From contig NC_004459.3 in the NCBI RefSeq assembly GCF_000039765.1, positions 360,001-392,000 on the forward strand: a stretch of 32,000 nucleotides of DNA, given 5' to 3'. Shown in pieces: positions 1-8,832 of the stretch (its first letter is position 1; each line of letters begins with the position of its first letter). A model generated the notes under the pieces. The model was not told the origin of the DNA, did no database searches, and worked only from the letters and a program-made list of their open reading frames with translations. The position numbers were made by a program, and so were the translations under genes. Source of the DNA: Vibrio vulnificus CMCP6 (GTDB lineage Bacteria; Pseudomonadota; Gammaproteobacteria; Enterobacterales; Vibrionaceae).

Positions 1-1
1 C

Positions 2-1348
2 TTCATCTGCGCTAACGAAATAGAGTCCATCCCAGTCAGCATGGGCGAACTGGCTACTGGCGCTGACTGGCACGATGCTATCACTGAGCTTCAAAGCTCA
101 TACAGACATAATCCACACGTCAAACACCCCTTCCGACATTTCGTCATCTCTATAGACGAAGGAGAGCGACTTACAGACAAGCAATGGCGTAGAACAGTTA
201 GAAAGACTATGAATCGTCTTGGTTACAAAAACGCACGCTACATCGCATTTAGACACGAAGATACTGATTCTCAGCACGTACACATAACAGTATCAACACA
301 AGACTTGGAAACAAACAAAGTCATCAGCAACTGGATGTCTGTTGAAGCTGCACAAGAAATCATGCGCGAACAAGAAAAAGAGTTTGGATTAAGACAGCTA
401 GAAAACTCATCAGAGATATTAGCTAAAGGCGAAGCAGTCGTTTCGGACAAGTACTCTCACTCAGTCAAGTTAATGATGAGACGGCTAATCGGATCAAGTA
501 TTAAAGAGCTACCGATGCTAGTGCAAGCCAGGGCAAATAATCTAACAAAACTAGGTGTAAATGATGAGCACACTAGTAAAGCGAGCTTGGCTCTTTATCA
601 AATAGCACTGCTAAGGAACGGCGTTGAGATAATACTTAAAGAAGACAGAAACAACGAAAAATTTATCGGTCTTGTTTACAAATACAATGACTTCATCATA
701 CCCGCCTCAAAACTCAGGAGCGGTAACAAATTCACGCTCGGCGGTTTAATCAAATCTGGTGTTCTAGCAAGTGATGCAAACATGATAAGTAGTTATGACG
801 AGTCACAAGTTGAAAATTACGAAATTAGAGAAATGTTTGAATCGCAGAAAGATTTTGCAGAGCAAAGATTTGAAACAGTAAGAAAAGACGCTGAAGCACA
901 TGCTGATAAAGTAAAGAAGCAAGCTGAAGAGTGGGATAAGCACATGTTTAACTGCTTCATTATCTCGTGTAGAAAGCAGCACCAAAAAGCGATGGAAGAT
1001 GCTATCGACTTTTGGCTCTATCATGGCAAGCGCATCAACAAACGCGACAAAGCTTTCGTTCACGCAATTTACGAACAAGAAAAAGGCATTTACTCAGCAT
1101 CTAAGACGCTAAGTAAATTCTTCTATCACCTGCTTCTAATCTTGTTCGAACTGAACAAGAAAAATCACTGGGAATTGAAAATCACCCCTGTCGCGACACA
1201 TGAAGATCAAGAGCTAGCAATTAACCAAGCTATTGAAAACATAGAAAAAGCGTATGAAAACGAAGGTATCTTTGCTGACAATAAAAAGCAGAATAGAAGA
1301 CATAACACTAGGAATAAATCAAAAGATATCGCTGAAAACACATATTAA
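2..1348 (+). CDS. Relaxase/mobilization nuclease, 5'-truncated by the window edge
   Basis: HEDTDSQHVHI matches the conserved HxDxxxxHxHI motif of MOB relaxases. The frame is open from base 2 to the annotated ATG at 41 (FICANEIESIPVS-M), so the gene probably starts before the window. Confidence 0.85.
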   Translation, partial: FICANEIESIPVSMGELATGADWHDAITELQSSYRHNPHVKHPFRHFVISIDEGERLTDKQWRRTVRKTMNRLGYKNARYIAFRHEDTDSQHVHITVSTQDLETNKVISNWMSVEAAQEIMREQEKEFGLRQLENSSEILAKGEAVVSDKYSHSVKLMMRRLIGSSIKELPMLVQARANNLTKLGVNDEHTSKASLALYQIALLRNGVEIILKEDRNNEKFIGLVYKYNDFIIPASKLRSGNKFTLGGLIKSGVLASDANMISSYDESQVENYEIREMFESQKDFAEQRFETVRKDAEAHADKVKKQAEEWDKHMFNCFIISCRKQHQKAMEDAIDFWLYHGKRINKRDKAFVHAIYEQEKGIYSASKTLSKFFYHLLLILFELNKKNHWELKITPVATHEDQELAINQAIENIEKAYENEGIFADNKKQNRRHNTRNKSKDIAENTY

Positions 1349-1351
1349 TTT

Positions 1352-1382
1352 AAAAAAAGAGGGCTGAAGCTCTCTTTTTATT
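1352..1382 (+). terminator. Putative Rho-independent terminator after the relaxase
   Basis: aaaaaagagGGCTgaAGCTctctttttattt, imperfect stem with T-run. Confidence 0.45.
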
Positions 1383-1535
1383 TTAATAATACAAACAACA
1401 AATAGCTTATTATTTAAAACCACCAAGCTAAATAGTAATTTTAATATAAATACTTGCATTATAATTGATATTATAAATTTAAATGCTACAATTAAAACAC
1501 AATAATAATAAATATAATATTAAAGAGATAATAAT

Positions 1536-2315
1536 ATGAGCATTTTTAAAAAAATAAATAATGAGTTAACTTATAACGTTACAGTCACACCTAAACAAAA
1601 GAAATCTCCCCTTCCTCGATTTCAGAAAAACAAAAGCGGCAAGATGCTTTACATCATTGTCCGAGACCCTGAGTCGACAAACTCAAGTGGCAACGCAACG
1701 CATGTAACATTAATAAAGCTACCAATAACAGCTCCTGCATGTCCTCGCTCAATAAAAGACTTAATTGCAAAGTTCGGTACTGAAGAAGCTAAATCTGGAA
1801 AGTACGAAATCACGGAGCACAACTTTGAAGAAATCATGTCTCACTTTAAACCAGCTAATGCGCTATACAAGAAGTACAGAAAAGAAGAACTGCATGAAAA
1901 GCAAAGTGTTGTTATCAATGAAGATAAACACTCTCTTTGTGCAATAGCTGCGAAACTGCATGAAGCTGTAGAGATGTTTGACGAGCTAGAAAGTGAGGAT
2001 GAGATTAATGCAGAAGAAGCGCAAGAACTACATCAAGCTTTGTATAGAATAAAAACAAGGCTGGACGCTGCTAAGTTCCCCGCAGTGTTATTCAATGACT
2101 ATGTGTTCAGTCCTAGCGACAGCAATAACTTACAAGCTATCAAGAGAAAAAGAAAAGGCATTACATCAGTATCTGACGCATCAAGCTTAAAAAGATTTGC
2201 ACCTTACTCAAGCACTTTAACGCCTTTCGATTACAAGCCCAAACCGAAAAAAGCAGGAGAAGATGCTCAAAAGCTAATCGCATACTTAGCGAAAGCAGAA
2301 GCAAACACAAACTAG
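1536..2315 (+). CDS. Hypothetical protein (259 aa)
   Basis: Long intact ORF followed by a terminator hairpin; no family recognised. Confidence 0.7.
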   Translation: MSIFKKINNELTYNVTVTPKQKKSPLPRFQKNKSGKMLYIIVRDPESTNSSGNATHVTLIKLPITAPACPRSIKDLIAKFGTEEAKSGKYEITEHNFEEIMSHFKPANALYKKYRKEELHEKQSVVINEDKHSLCAIAAKLHEAVEMFDELESEDEINAEEAQELHQALYRIKTRLDAAKFPAVLFNDYVFSPSDSNNLQAIKRKRKGITSVSDASSLKRFAPYSSTLTPFDYKPKPKKAGEDAQKLIAYLAKAEANTN

Positions 2316-2320
2316 AACCA

Positions 2321-2343
2321 ACAGCCCCATAGGGGCTGTTTTC
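2321..2343 (+). terminator. Rho-independent terminator
   Basis: ACAGCCCC-ATA-GGGGCTGT perfect 8-bp stem followed by TTTT. Confidence 0.75.
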
Positions 2344-2367
2344 TTATTCTCACACGCTAAAGTTGTC

Positions 2368-2419
2368 TTTTACCCTTGACCGAGGGTAAAACCTTATTTA
2401 CCCTCCATAAAGGGTAAAT
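2368..2419. promoter_or_regulatory. Two tandem operator palindromes upstream of HipB-like gene
   Basis: TTTACCCT-N6-AGGGTAAA at 2369-2390 and again at 2397-2418, 14 bp before the ATG at 2433. Confidence 0.7.
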
Positions 2420-2432
2420 ACGAGGAATTGTT

Positions 2433-2690
2433 ATGTTGATAACATCACCAAGGCAGTTAGCAATATATCTGCGTGACGAAAGAAAACACGAGAATCTGTC
2501 GCAAGCAAAAGTTGCCGCCCCTGTTGGTCTTAAACAGGACACCATTTCTAAGTTTGAGGTTAATCCTGAAACTACAAGGATTCAGACGCTATTTCGCATC
2601 TTATCTTCTCTAAACCTTGAAATGCATATTGTTCAGAAAGGCGAAAGCATCTACTCGAAAGTTGATGATGATGGCGAAGAGAAATGGTGA
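2433..2690 (+). CDS. XRE/HipB-like helix-turn-helix regulator (85 aa)
   Basis: LSQAKVAAPVGLKQDTISKFEVNPETTRIQTLFRILSSLNLEMHI is typical of HipB-type HTH. Confidence 0.75.
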   Translation: MLITSPRQLAIYLRDERKHENLSQAKVAAPVGLKQDTISKFEVNPETTRIQTLFRILSSLNLEMHIVQKGESIYSKVDDDGEEKW

Positions 2691-2698
2691 GTCAAGTC

Positions 2699-2765
2699 AT
2701 TCCCACGCATGGGAATCCACCGAAGTCAGATGCTTAACGAAATCGAGTGCTGCTGGTATTGTAGC
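2699..2765. repeat. Diverged solo copy of the 76-77 bp palindromic repeat unit
   Basis: ATTCCCACGCATGGGAAT at 2699-2716 followed by ...TCAGATGCTTAACGAAATCGAGTGCTGCTGGTAT, alignable to the array unit. Confidence 0.65.
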
Positions 2766-3012
2766 TCACAACTGGACAGAAGCAATTTAGGTTGGTTACG
2801 CTACCTTGGTTCTTTCAAATTTGCTTTACTAAGCCAAAAAACTAGGTATCAAAAGGCAAGAACTGACCGTTTTGGTCTATTAATACCTTTGGTTCTAGTT
2901 AATAGCTTATTGATTTAGTTTGTGTTTGTGTTTGTGTTTGTGACCCACTGTGATGCATATTAACCCCTATAAGTGGTAATCTAAGCAAATTTACTCATAT
3001 AGGATTTATAAA

Positions 3013-3861
3013 ATGGAACAAGTTATCCTCCGCTATGATGGCGAAGCTCTCGTTGAACACAGCATGAACCTTAAATTGGTTGCTGACTCTCTACAAGGTA
3101 TTGAAGCCTTAGTAAGAGAAGTCCATGAAGAAATGGGCGGCAAAGAAGAAGAGCTGAACCTTCAAATCAAAGGAGGATTCCAAAAGGGTTCATTTGAGTT
3201 TTTATTTACCTTAGGGCAGCAACTACCTGATGGTATTGAGTTACTTAAGATTATCGGCTTCGGTAGTCCAATAGCTGCTGGATCGTTGATGGCTTACCTT
3301 GAATGGTTGAAAGGTAAGAAAATCCAAAAAATAACTATGACAGAAGAAGGTGACTGCAAAATAGTGACCGAAGATGGTGAAGATAAAGTTGCACCTAGTT
3401 ACATGCGCCCTCTCCTAGCTTCAACATCTGTCCGTGGTGCTTTCAGCAAAATCATCAGTAAACCACTACGTGATAGTGGTATAGAAGTCTTCGAGGCTCT
3501 ATCTACAGAAGAAAAGAAAGCTGACCGAACTCAATATGTATCAGTAACTACAGCCAACGAGAAAAACTATCGAGCTAAAAATACTACTGTAATTGACTTG
3601 ATAGATAATAAACCGATGGATGAGAAGGTAATAACATTCCTTACGGTACATAAAGATAAAGACACTAGTTGGCGTGTTGAAGACGTTGATGGCATCACCT
3701 ACACCGTGAAAATGGAAGATGAAGACTTCCTAGCTAACTTCCGCAAGGGTAACGAGCCAGATATTTTTGTGAACGCATACGCAGTTGAGATTGTCGAAAA
3801 AGAAAATACGATAAATCTGGACAAAACCTATTCTATAGTTAAAGTATACGCTCCTGAATAG
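3013..3861 (+). CDS. Hypothetical protein (282 aa), first gene of a 3-gene operon
   Basis: Intact ORF; hydrophobic patch ELLKIIGFGSPIAAGSLMAYLEWL. Confidence 0.75.
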   Translation: MEQVILRYDGEALVEHSMNLKLVADSLQGIEALVREVHEEMGGKEEELNLQIKGGFQKGSFEFLFTLGQQLPDGIELLKIIGFGSPIAAGSLMAYLEWLKGKKIQKITMTEEGDCKIVTEDGEDKVAPSYMRPLLASTSVRGAFSKIISKPLRDSGIEVFEALSTEEKKADRTQYVSVTTANEKNYRAKNTTVIDLIDNKPMDEKVITFLTVHKDKDTSWRVEDVDGITYTVKMEDEDFLANFRKGNEPDIFVNAYAVEIVEKENTINLDKTYSIVKVYAPE

Positions 3862-3880
3862 GCGTGTATTTCTTAACCAA

Positions 3881-4141
3881 ATGGAGAATGTGATGGGTGA
3901 AGTAGCCAAAATACTACTACTCATAGTAGCTTGTGCGCCCATCCTTTACTGGCTGAGCAAGATAGTGACTTCATTCGTCCTATACAAGCTATCCCCACCT
4001 CACTACGTAGCTATGCAGTTCGAGGACAAAGAAGGGAATGTACGTAATAGCAAGGTAGTTGATGTCTCTAAGGATAAAAACTTCTATGCCGTGGTTGCTC
4101 AGATCTACAAAAACAGCCAGCACAAGGAAGGGAATACTTAG
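3881..4141 (+). CDS. Small membrane-anchored hypothetical protein (86 aa)
   Basis: N-terminal hydrophobic segment ILLLIVACAPILYWLSKIVTSFVLY; close spacing with neighbours. Confidence 0.65.
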   Translation: MENVMGEVAKILLLIVACAPILYWLSKIVTSFVLYKLSPPHYVAMQFEDKEGNVRNSKVVDVSKDKNFYAVVAQIYKNSQHKEGNT

Positions 4142-4629
4142 TGAGTAATAAGAACTCTATTGCGGCACCAACATTTGCGAATGGTAGCGCTGCGATTTTA
4201 GGTGGTTTTGCTCTGGAGTTTGCCGCTGGTCTTGAACAACCTCTATTGAAAGAGTACGCAATCTACGTTGTTCCTGCCTTTACGATATTTCTTGCTTATA
4301 TCTTCAATATCCTTGCTAGCTTGAGTGCTATGTCAGTTACCGAATTGGTGGCTATTTGGTCTTCTCGAGGCTACTTCAAAGAGCTTAAAGACCAAATAAG
4401 TGACCCTCTAACTTCAGAGGCAAGGCGAGAAGAAAAGCGTAAGGAATATGAAGAAGCTCTTGACGCGAAGTTAGCTATGAAGAAAGGCAAGTTTTCGATC
4501 TTCAACGCAGCCAACCAAAGAGCTACTAAACAGGCAGAAAAAGCACTTCAGCACGCACCAACACAGACTGATCGGGAAGCCCTCGAGAAGCAAACTAAAG
4601 AATTCCAGCAAACCACCCCCCAAGAATAA
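4141..4629 (+). CDS. Putative membrane protein (162 aa) with basic/coiled C-terminus
   Basis: Two hydrophobic segments; start overlaps the stop of the upstream ORF. Confidence 0.65.
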   Translation: MSNKNSIAAPTFANGSAAILGGFALEFAAGLEQPLLKEYAIYVVPAFTIFLAYIFNILASLSAMSVTELVAIWSSRGYFKELKDQISDPLTSEARREEKRKEYEEALDAKLAMKKGKFSIFNAANQRATKQAEKALQHAPTQTDREALEKQTKEFQQTTPQE

Positions 4630-4631
4630 CA

Positions 4632-4657
4632 AGAGCGGTCTGTACGACCGCTTTTTT
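4632..4657 (+). terminator. Rho-independent terminator
   Basis: AGCGGTC-TGTAC-GACCGCT followed by TTTTT, 3 nt after the stop at 4629. Confidence 0.8.
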
Positions 4658-4703
4658 AATACTCTCGAGCACAATAAACGTATGAAAAACAAGAAGGGTC
4701 AGG

Positions 4704-4731
4704 TTTTGCCTTTTGCCTTTTGCCTTTTGCC
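4704..4731. repeat. Microsatellite TTTTGCC x4
   Basis: Four perfect 7-bp copies. Confidence 0.8.
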
Positions 4732-4953
4732 TGTCATTAGCTCTAGTATCATAAAAGTAGATCGTCAAGGCTTGCTATTTCTTCGACGCATACATTTTGG
4801 GGCAAAGTGTGCTAGAACTGTTCGCGTGACACGCCTCTGGGCAGAAGTAAGTTAAGATTGTCCCTTAAGCCATTGGCTTCGAATAAACTACGTTCAGGCG
4901 AATCCATATTGAAGGCTTTTCTAATGCGCCGTTGGTATGCATTCAGTGTAACA

Positions 4954-6660
4954 TCACGTGTGGTCAGTCTCAGAACTGACTAAATCTTGAACAATCTCTT
5001 TAAGCATACTTAGTCTGCCTGCATCTAATGCATTTTCATGGTGTGCTTTCAACACGTTGATAGGCTTTAAATCGCTCCGTTTTTTATCAGGTTTAGGTAT
5101 TTGGAGGAAACCTTCTAAATCAGACTCAAACTGATGCAATCCTGTTGTACAAGGTGTCTTGGCTCCTTGGATGATGCCATTCCAAACTTTATGATTAATG
5201 AACTTATTTACAGCGTCATTATCTCCATCAAACAGTACAGAGTGTTTAATACCTATTACATTGAGTAAGTGCATAAATCGATGCAAATTAAATTTACCTA
5301 CACAATCTAAGATGTATACGCGATGTTCTCTCAAAAACTCCCAATCACTATCAGCTAAGCAATCAAGCAATACTTTTTCAGATGGTCCTTCACACAATAG
5401 TACATGTCTTGCAAAGAAGAGATTTGAACGCTCTGTATCTAGCCACAAAAAGTACTTTATCGCTTCATCAGCAGCTCTTACTTCCTCATCAAATTCGGGA
5501 GACTTATCTTCCCCATGAACTCTTGCAGCAACTAGGTTGTTTGATAGTATTTCCTTTAGAGAACGCTCTGTTATTTGATAAGCTGTTGTAGAATCTGTTT
5601 CTTTGAAAAGTCGAGAAATAGAGTTTATTGAGTCGATTGACTTGCTAACGAAAACTGATGAATGCGTCGAAACTAATACTTGTTGCTGCTCGTCTGAAAC
5701 TAGTTTATTTAAGCTTCGGTAAAGCACATCTTGCTGTGCGGGATGTAAAAATGCCTCAGGCTCTTCAAATAGTATCAATGAAAAATCGGGGTTAAAATCT
5801 TTTTTGGTCGATTTGGTTTTAGCACTATATTTAGCTGAAAGCTTGATGAGTGTATATATCAAATGGCGTTGTAAACCTTGGCCAAATGACGAAATATCCA
5901 CTCGCTCACCAAGGTTACTATCTTCAATATGTGGCTTTAACAAGCTCTTGACTAGGTCATCAGTGTTAATAGGGGACACTTCAATATCAAAACCTACACC
6001 CCATTGTTTCAGTTCACTATTTATTTCAGATTTAACACCATCAATTGAAAATCCGCTAATTTCTTCCTGTTTAAATACTTTATTGAATTCGTTAAATGCG
6101 GTTGTTAACGTCTTAAATGACTCACTACTAGCAATAGCCTTTTTCATCACCACGTTAACCATATTTCTAAATGGTGAAGGTCCTGTAGTTTTCATGCTAT
6201 CTTCGACCTTACTAACTGCTGGTATGTAGATAACACTACCTAGCTTAGATGTGGATACGTTAGCAGCACCGTAAAACAAATTGTTAGATAACTGCCCGTT
6301 CTCATAAGCATAAATATTTGATTGTTTAGACTGAACTAATCCATGCTCTGACTGAAGATATTTACGTACCTTAAGAACTCGATCCGCTGAACGGTACTCT
6401 TCCTTCAGAGAGTCTTGTTCTTCTGGTGTAGTTAAGAAAGAAAGTTCAATCCAACTCTCTTGATCATCAGTTGAAAATTTGGGGAAATCTCTCTTAGTAT
6501 CGAACTTTAAGCCACTTTCTTCATAAAATACGCGCAACGCCGACAAAAGGTTTGTTTTTCCTGAGTTATTTTCTCCAACAATCAAAGAATAAGGGTTAAC
6601 CTCAATAGCAATATCCTTGATTGAACGGAAATTATGCACTTCAATTTTTTTGAGTTTCAT
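4954..6660 (-). CDS. OLD-family ATP-dependent endonuclease (AAA/SMC-like ATPase + TOPRIM)
   Basis: MKLKKIEVHNFRSIKDIAIEVNPYSLIVGENNSGKTNLL (Walker A), SLILFEEPEAFLHPAQQ (Walker B/signature region), VLLCEGPSEKVLL and SVLFDGDNDA (TOPRIM E and DxD). Confidence 0.9.
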   Translation of the reverse strand: MKLKKIEVHNFRSIKDIAIEVNPYSLIVGENNSGKTNLLSALRVFYEESGLKFDTKRDFPKFSTDDQESWIELSFLTTPEEQDSLKEEYRSADRVLKVRKYLQSEHGLVQSKQSNIYAYENGQLSNNLFYGAANVSTSKLGSVIYIPAVSKVEDSMKTTGPSPFRNMVNVVMKKAIASSESFKTLTTAFNEFNKVFKQEEISGFSIDGVKSEINSELKQWGVGFDIEVSPINTDDLVKSLLKPHIEDSNLGERVDISSFGQGLQRHLIYTLIKLSAKYSAKTKSTKKDFNPDFSLILFEEPEAFLHPAQQDVLYRSLNKLVSDEQQQVLVSTHSSVFVSKSIDSINSISRLFKETDSTTAYQITERSLKEILSNNLVAARVHGEDKSPEFDEEVRAADEAIKYFLWLDTERSNLFFARHVLLCEGPSEKVLLDCLADSDWEFLREHRVYILDCVGKFNLHRFMHLLNVIGIKHSVLFDGDNDAVNKFINHKVWNGIIQGAKTPCTTGLHQFESDLEGFLQIPKPDKKRSDLKPINVLKAHHENALDAGRLSMLKEIVQDLVSSETDHT

Positions 6661-6772
6661 ATTAGTTATCTGCCACTTCTATAAAAATTTCCAAATGCCG
6701 CACTCTAAACCAATTCTGGGGTATCTATTCAGTAAGCCGACTTCAGGTATCAAATAATAAATTATCGCCACG

Positions 6773-7117
6773 TTAGACACTTTCAGCGGCTGATCTAACT
6801 GCTTTAACGATTGAAAATGGTCTTATCTCGTCATTGGAGAAATGAACCTTATAACAAGGATGTGATGCCCATACACCATTATTTTGACGTTTCTCGTAGG
6901 CAACACTGAAAGCTGTAATCAATCGACCATTTAGCTCATAACCAGGTGAGTTATCACAGTATCTTACGTATACATCTTTGAGTGCTTCATATAGCTCACC
7001 TGCCTGAATTAATCCGCTTGATAGCTGTTCTTCCTTCTGCTCGGTGAAATAGCTAATAGCGTCGCCTTGTTTCTTAAATAGCTTCCCTGCAATTGTGACT
7101 GATTTTGCTTTGCCCAT
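6773..7117 (-). CDS. DUF3223-like small protein, partner of the OLD nuclease
   Basis: Same strand and directly upstream of the OLD gene; GYELNGRLITAFSVAY...HPCYKVHFSNDEIRPFSIVKAVRS resembles DUF3223. Confidence 0.55.
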   Translation of the reverse strand: MGKAKSVTIAGKLFKKQGDAISYFTEQKEEQLSSGLIQAGELYEALKDVYVRYCDNSPGYELNGRLITAFSVAYEKRQNNGVWASHPCYKVHFSNDEIRPFSIVKAVRSAAESV

Positions 7118-7147
7118 TAATATTATCCTTTAGATCTAGTTGTTGAC

Positions 7148-7239
7148 TTATCTTACGCCCCTGACTTGAACCCAACTCTTTTTGTCCGCTTATAAGTTAG
7201 CTTAATATTCAACTAAATACATAATGAGGCGTTAGATAA
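7148..7239. other. attC-like imperfect inverted-repeat site
   Basis: TTATCTTACGCCCC (7148-7161) against GAGGCGTTAGATAA (7226-7239), 12/14 complementary; GTTAGAT fits the GTTRRRY core. Confidence 0.35.
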
Positions 7240-7282
7240 ACTTGGTCAAACTGAAGTGACTAGAAATGTGTCCTAAACAGGT

Positions 7283-7396
7283 TTGGGGCAAAGCTATGTT
7301 TGCCGTGATTGGCATGCTTTGTGATTGGCATGCCTAGCGAAATTGAGTGGCGCTGATTTTAAGCTACTTGCCCTATTCCCACGAATGGAAATTAAC
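7283..7396. repeat. Solo repeat element: array leader-like segment plus one degenerate hairpin
   Basis: TTGGGGCAAAGCTATGTTTGCCGTGATTGGCATGC...GCGAAATTGAGTGGCGCTGATTTTAAG...ATTCCCACGAATGGAAAT, parallel to 20525-20620. Confidence 0.65.
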
Positions 7397-7977
7397 TCTT
7401 TACGCCTCTAGGCTTACCTCGTGACTCAAATGCCATAGAGAGTGCCTTTCCTGTCATCTTGCTATCGGGAGAGACTGACATCGCCCAAACAATTGGCTTT
7501 CTCGCGAATAGGTCGATGACAACAGCAAGATACATCCAGCGCTGACCTGTCCAGACATACGTCACGTCTCCTACCCAGACTTGGTTGGGAGCAGTAACGG
7601 CAAACTGTCGAGATAGATGGTTTGGGATCTCTACATGCTCTTGTGATGTTTTTCGATAACGGTGCTTCAATGTTTGGCAGCTTACCAGGCCTAATAATTT
7701 CATCACCTTAGAAGCTCGATAACGTGCCAGTTTTACACCTTGGGCCGTTACCATGTCGGCAATGCTTCTCGCACCCGCAGAGCCATTGCTTGCCGTGTGA
7801 ACTTCTTTAATGAGACTCTTGAGTTTCACCAGCTCAGGGGAAACACGTTTGGGGCGACAACGCCAGTATTTGTAGCTGCTACGCTGGACACTGAACACAT
7901 GACACAAGGTGGTTACACTAAAGCTCTGCCTGAGTTTCTCGATTATCGAGAGCTGTTCAGCGAGTCCGACATCAAGA
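7392..7977 (-). pseudogene. IS3-family transposase orfB, C-terminally truncated
   Basis: [39 protein letters not shown]...VWVGDVTYVWTGQRWMYLAVVIDLFARKPIVWAMS; missing the HSDQGSHYTS...E region. Confidence 0.85.
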
Positions 7978-8268
7978 GAGCTGTAGCTTTTTTAATATTT
8001 CATTGTGCTCTTCAAGGCGTGCAAGTTTCTTCTTCAGCTCACGTATCTCAATTTGCTCTGGTGTCATAGGTGCGGCTTGGGGAGTGACTCCCTTTCTTTC
8101 TTGCTTAAGCTGCCTTACCCACTTGTCCATTGTCGATTTACCGACACCCATGGCTTTTGCAGCTTCAACAACGGTGTAGTTTTGGTCGAGCACAAGCTGT
8201 GCTGCTTCGAGTTTAAATTCTGCACTGAAAGTGCGTCTGGTACGCTTGGTCATAGCTTCACCTGTCAT
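7972..8268 (-). CDS. IS3-family transposase orfA
   Basis: [48 protein letters not shown]; ends with A-rich slippery region before LQLS*. Confidence 0.85.
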   Translation of the reverse strand: MTGEAMTKRTRRTFSAEFKLEAAQLVLDQNYTVVEAAKAMGVGKSTMDKWVRQLKQERKGVTPQAAPMTPEQIEIRELKKKLARLEEHNEILKKLQLS

Positions 8269-8418
8269 GCTATGAGGTGCATCTTAACACCTCTAATCAG
8301 GTGGCCAAATTCACTATGTCACTACAAAATACAGTAAAAAAACCATTGCAACAGTATAGTTATTGTAATATTATAAAAATACAAGCTAAACAATAAGAAT
8401 AATAAAGAGAGCAGTAAA

Positions 8419-8787
8419 ATGACTAGATCAGAAATAATGAAAACAGCTTGGAACATCGCAAAAGAAGCAGCAGCAAAAACAGGTTACAAAGCAAAAGAGT
8501 TTTTTTCAGAGTCACTAAAGATGGCGTGGACAATGGCTAAACAAGAAGTCAAAACAATAAAAGAAAGACTAGTAGAGCTTGGCGGTAAAGAATACACAGC
8601 TCACAACTGCAACAGAGTTTACTTAACACTAGATCAATTTAACGAAATCACAAACCTCGGCTATAACTTGAATGAGTATCGCAACAAGTTCTACGCTGAC
8701 TTAGATGATAATAGAATTTACAGAAAAATATCTAAAAACGGCAAGTCAAAAATCTATCATGAGTTTGACTTAGCGAGCTGGGCATAA
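8419..8787 (+). CDS. Hypothetical protein (122 aa)
   Basis: Intact ORF in AT-rich context; no family recognised. Confidence 0.6.
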   Translation: MTRSEIMKTAWNIAKEAAAKTGYKAKEFFSESLKMAWTMAKQEVKTIKERLVELGGKEYTAHNCNRVYLTLDQFNEITNLGYNLNEYRNKFYADLDDNRIYRKISKNGKSKIYHEFDLASWA

Positions 8788-8832
8788 TAAGAATAACCAA
8801 AATAAAAAACATAATAAGAAGGCATTAAAAAC

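Larger units (their letters stand above)
7392..8337 (-). mobile_element. Truncated IS3-family (IS150-like) insertion sequence
   Basis: orfA HTH + orfB integrase core; orfB ends after FESRGKPRGV, missing the rest of the DDE domain. Right boundary approximate. Confidence 0.85.

Noticed and set aside
803-1078. ORF on minus strand within the relaxase (and similar antisense ORFs such as 5804-6229, 7740-8337, 25853-26044)
   Set aside because: Antisense or overlapping frames of strongly supported genes; low-complexity or implausible composition.
2709-2918. 69-aa ORF MGIHRSQMLNE...
   Set aside because: Starts within the solo palindromic repeat (ATGGGAAT) and shows no family features or good start context.
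4704-4731. TTTTGCC x4 as a phase-variation tract
   Set aside because: It lies in an intergenic gap after a terminator and not in a coding frame or clear promoter spacer; kept only as a repeat.
4954-7117. Gabija system
   Set aside because: An OLD-like protein alone is not sufficient; no UvrD-like GajB gene is next to it.
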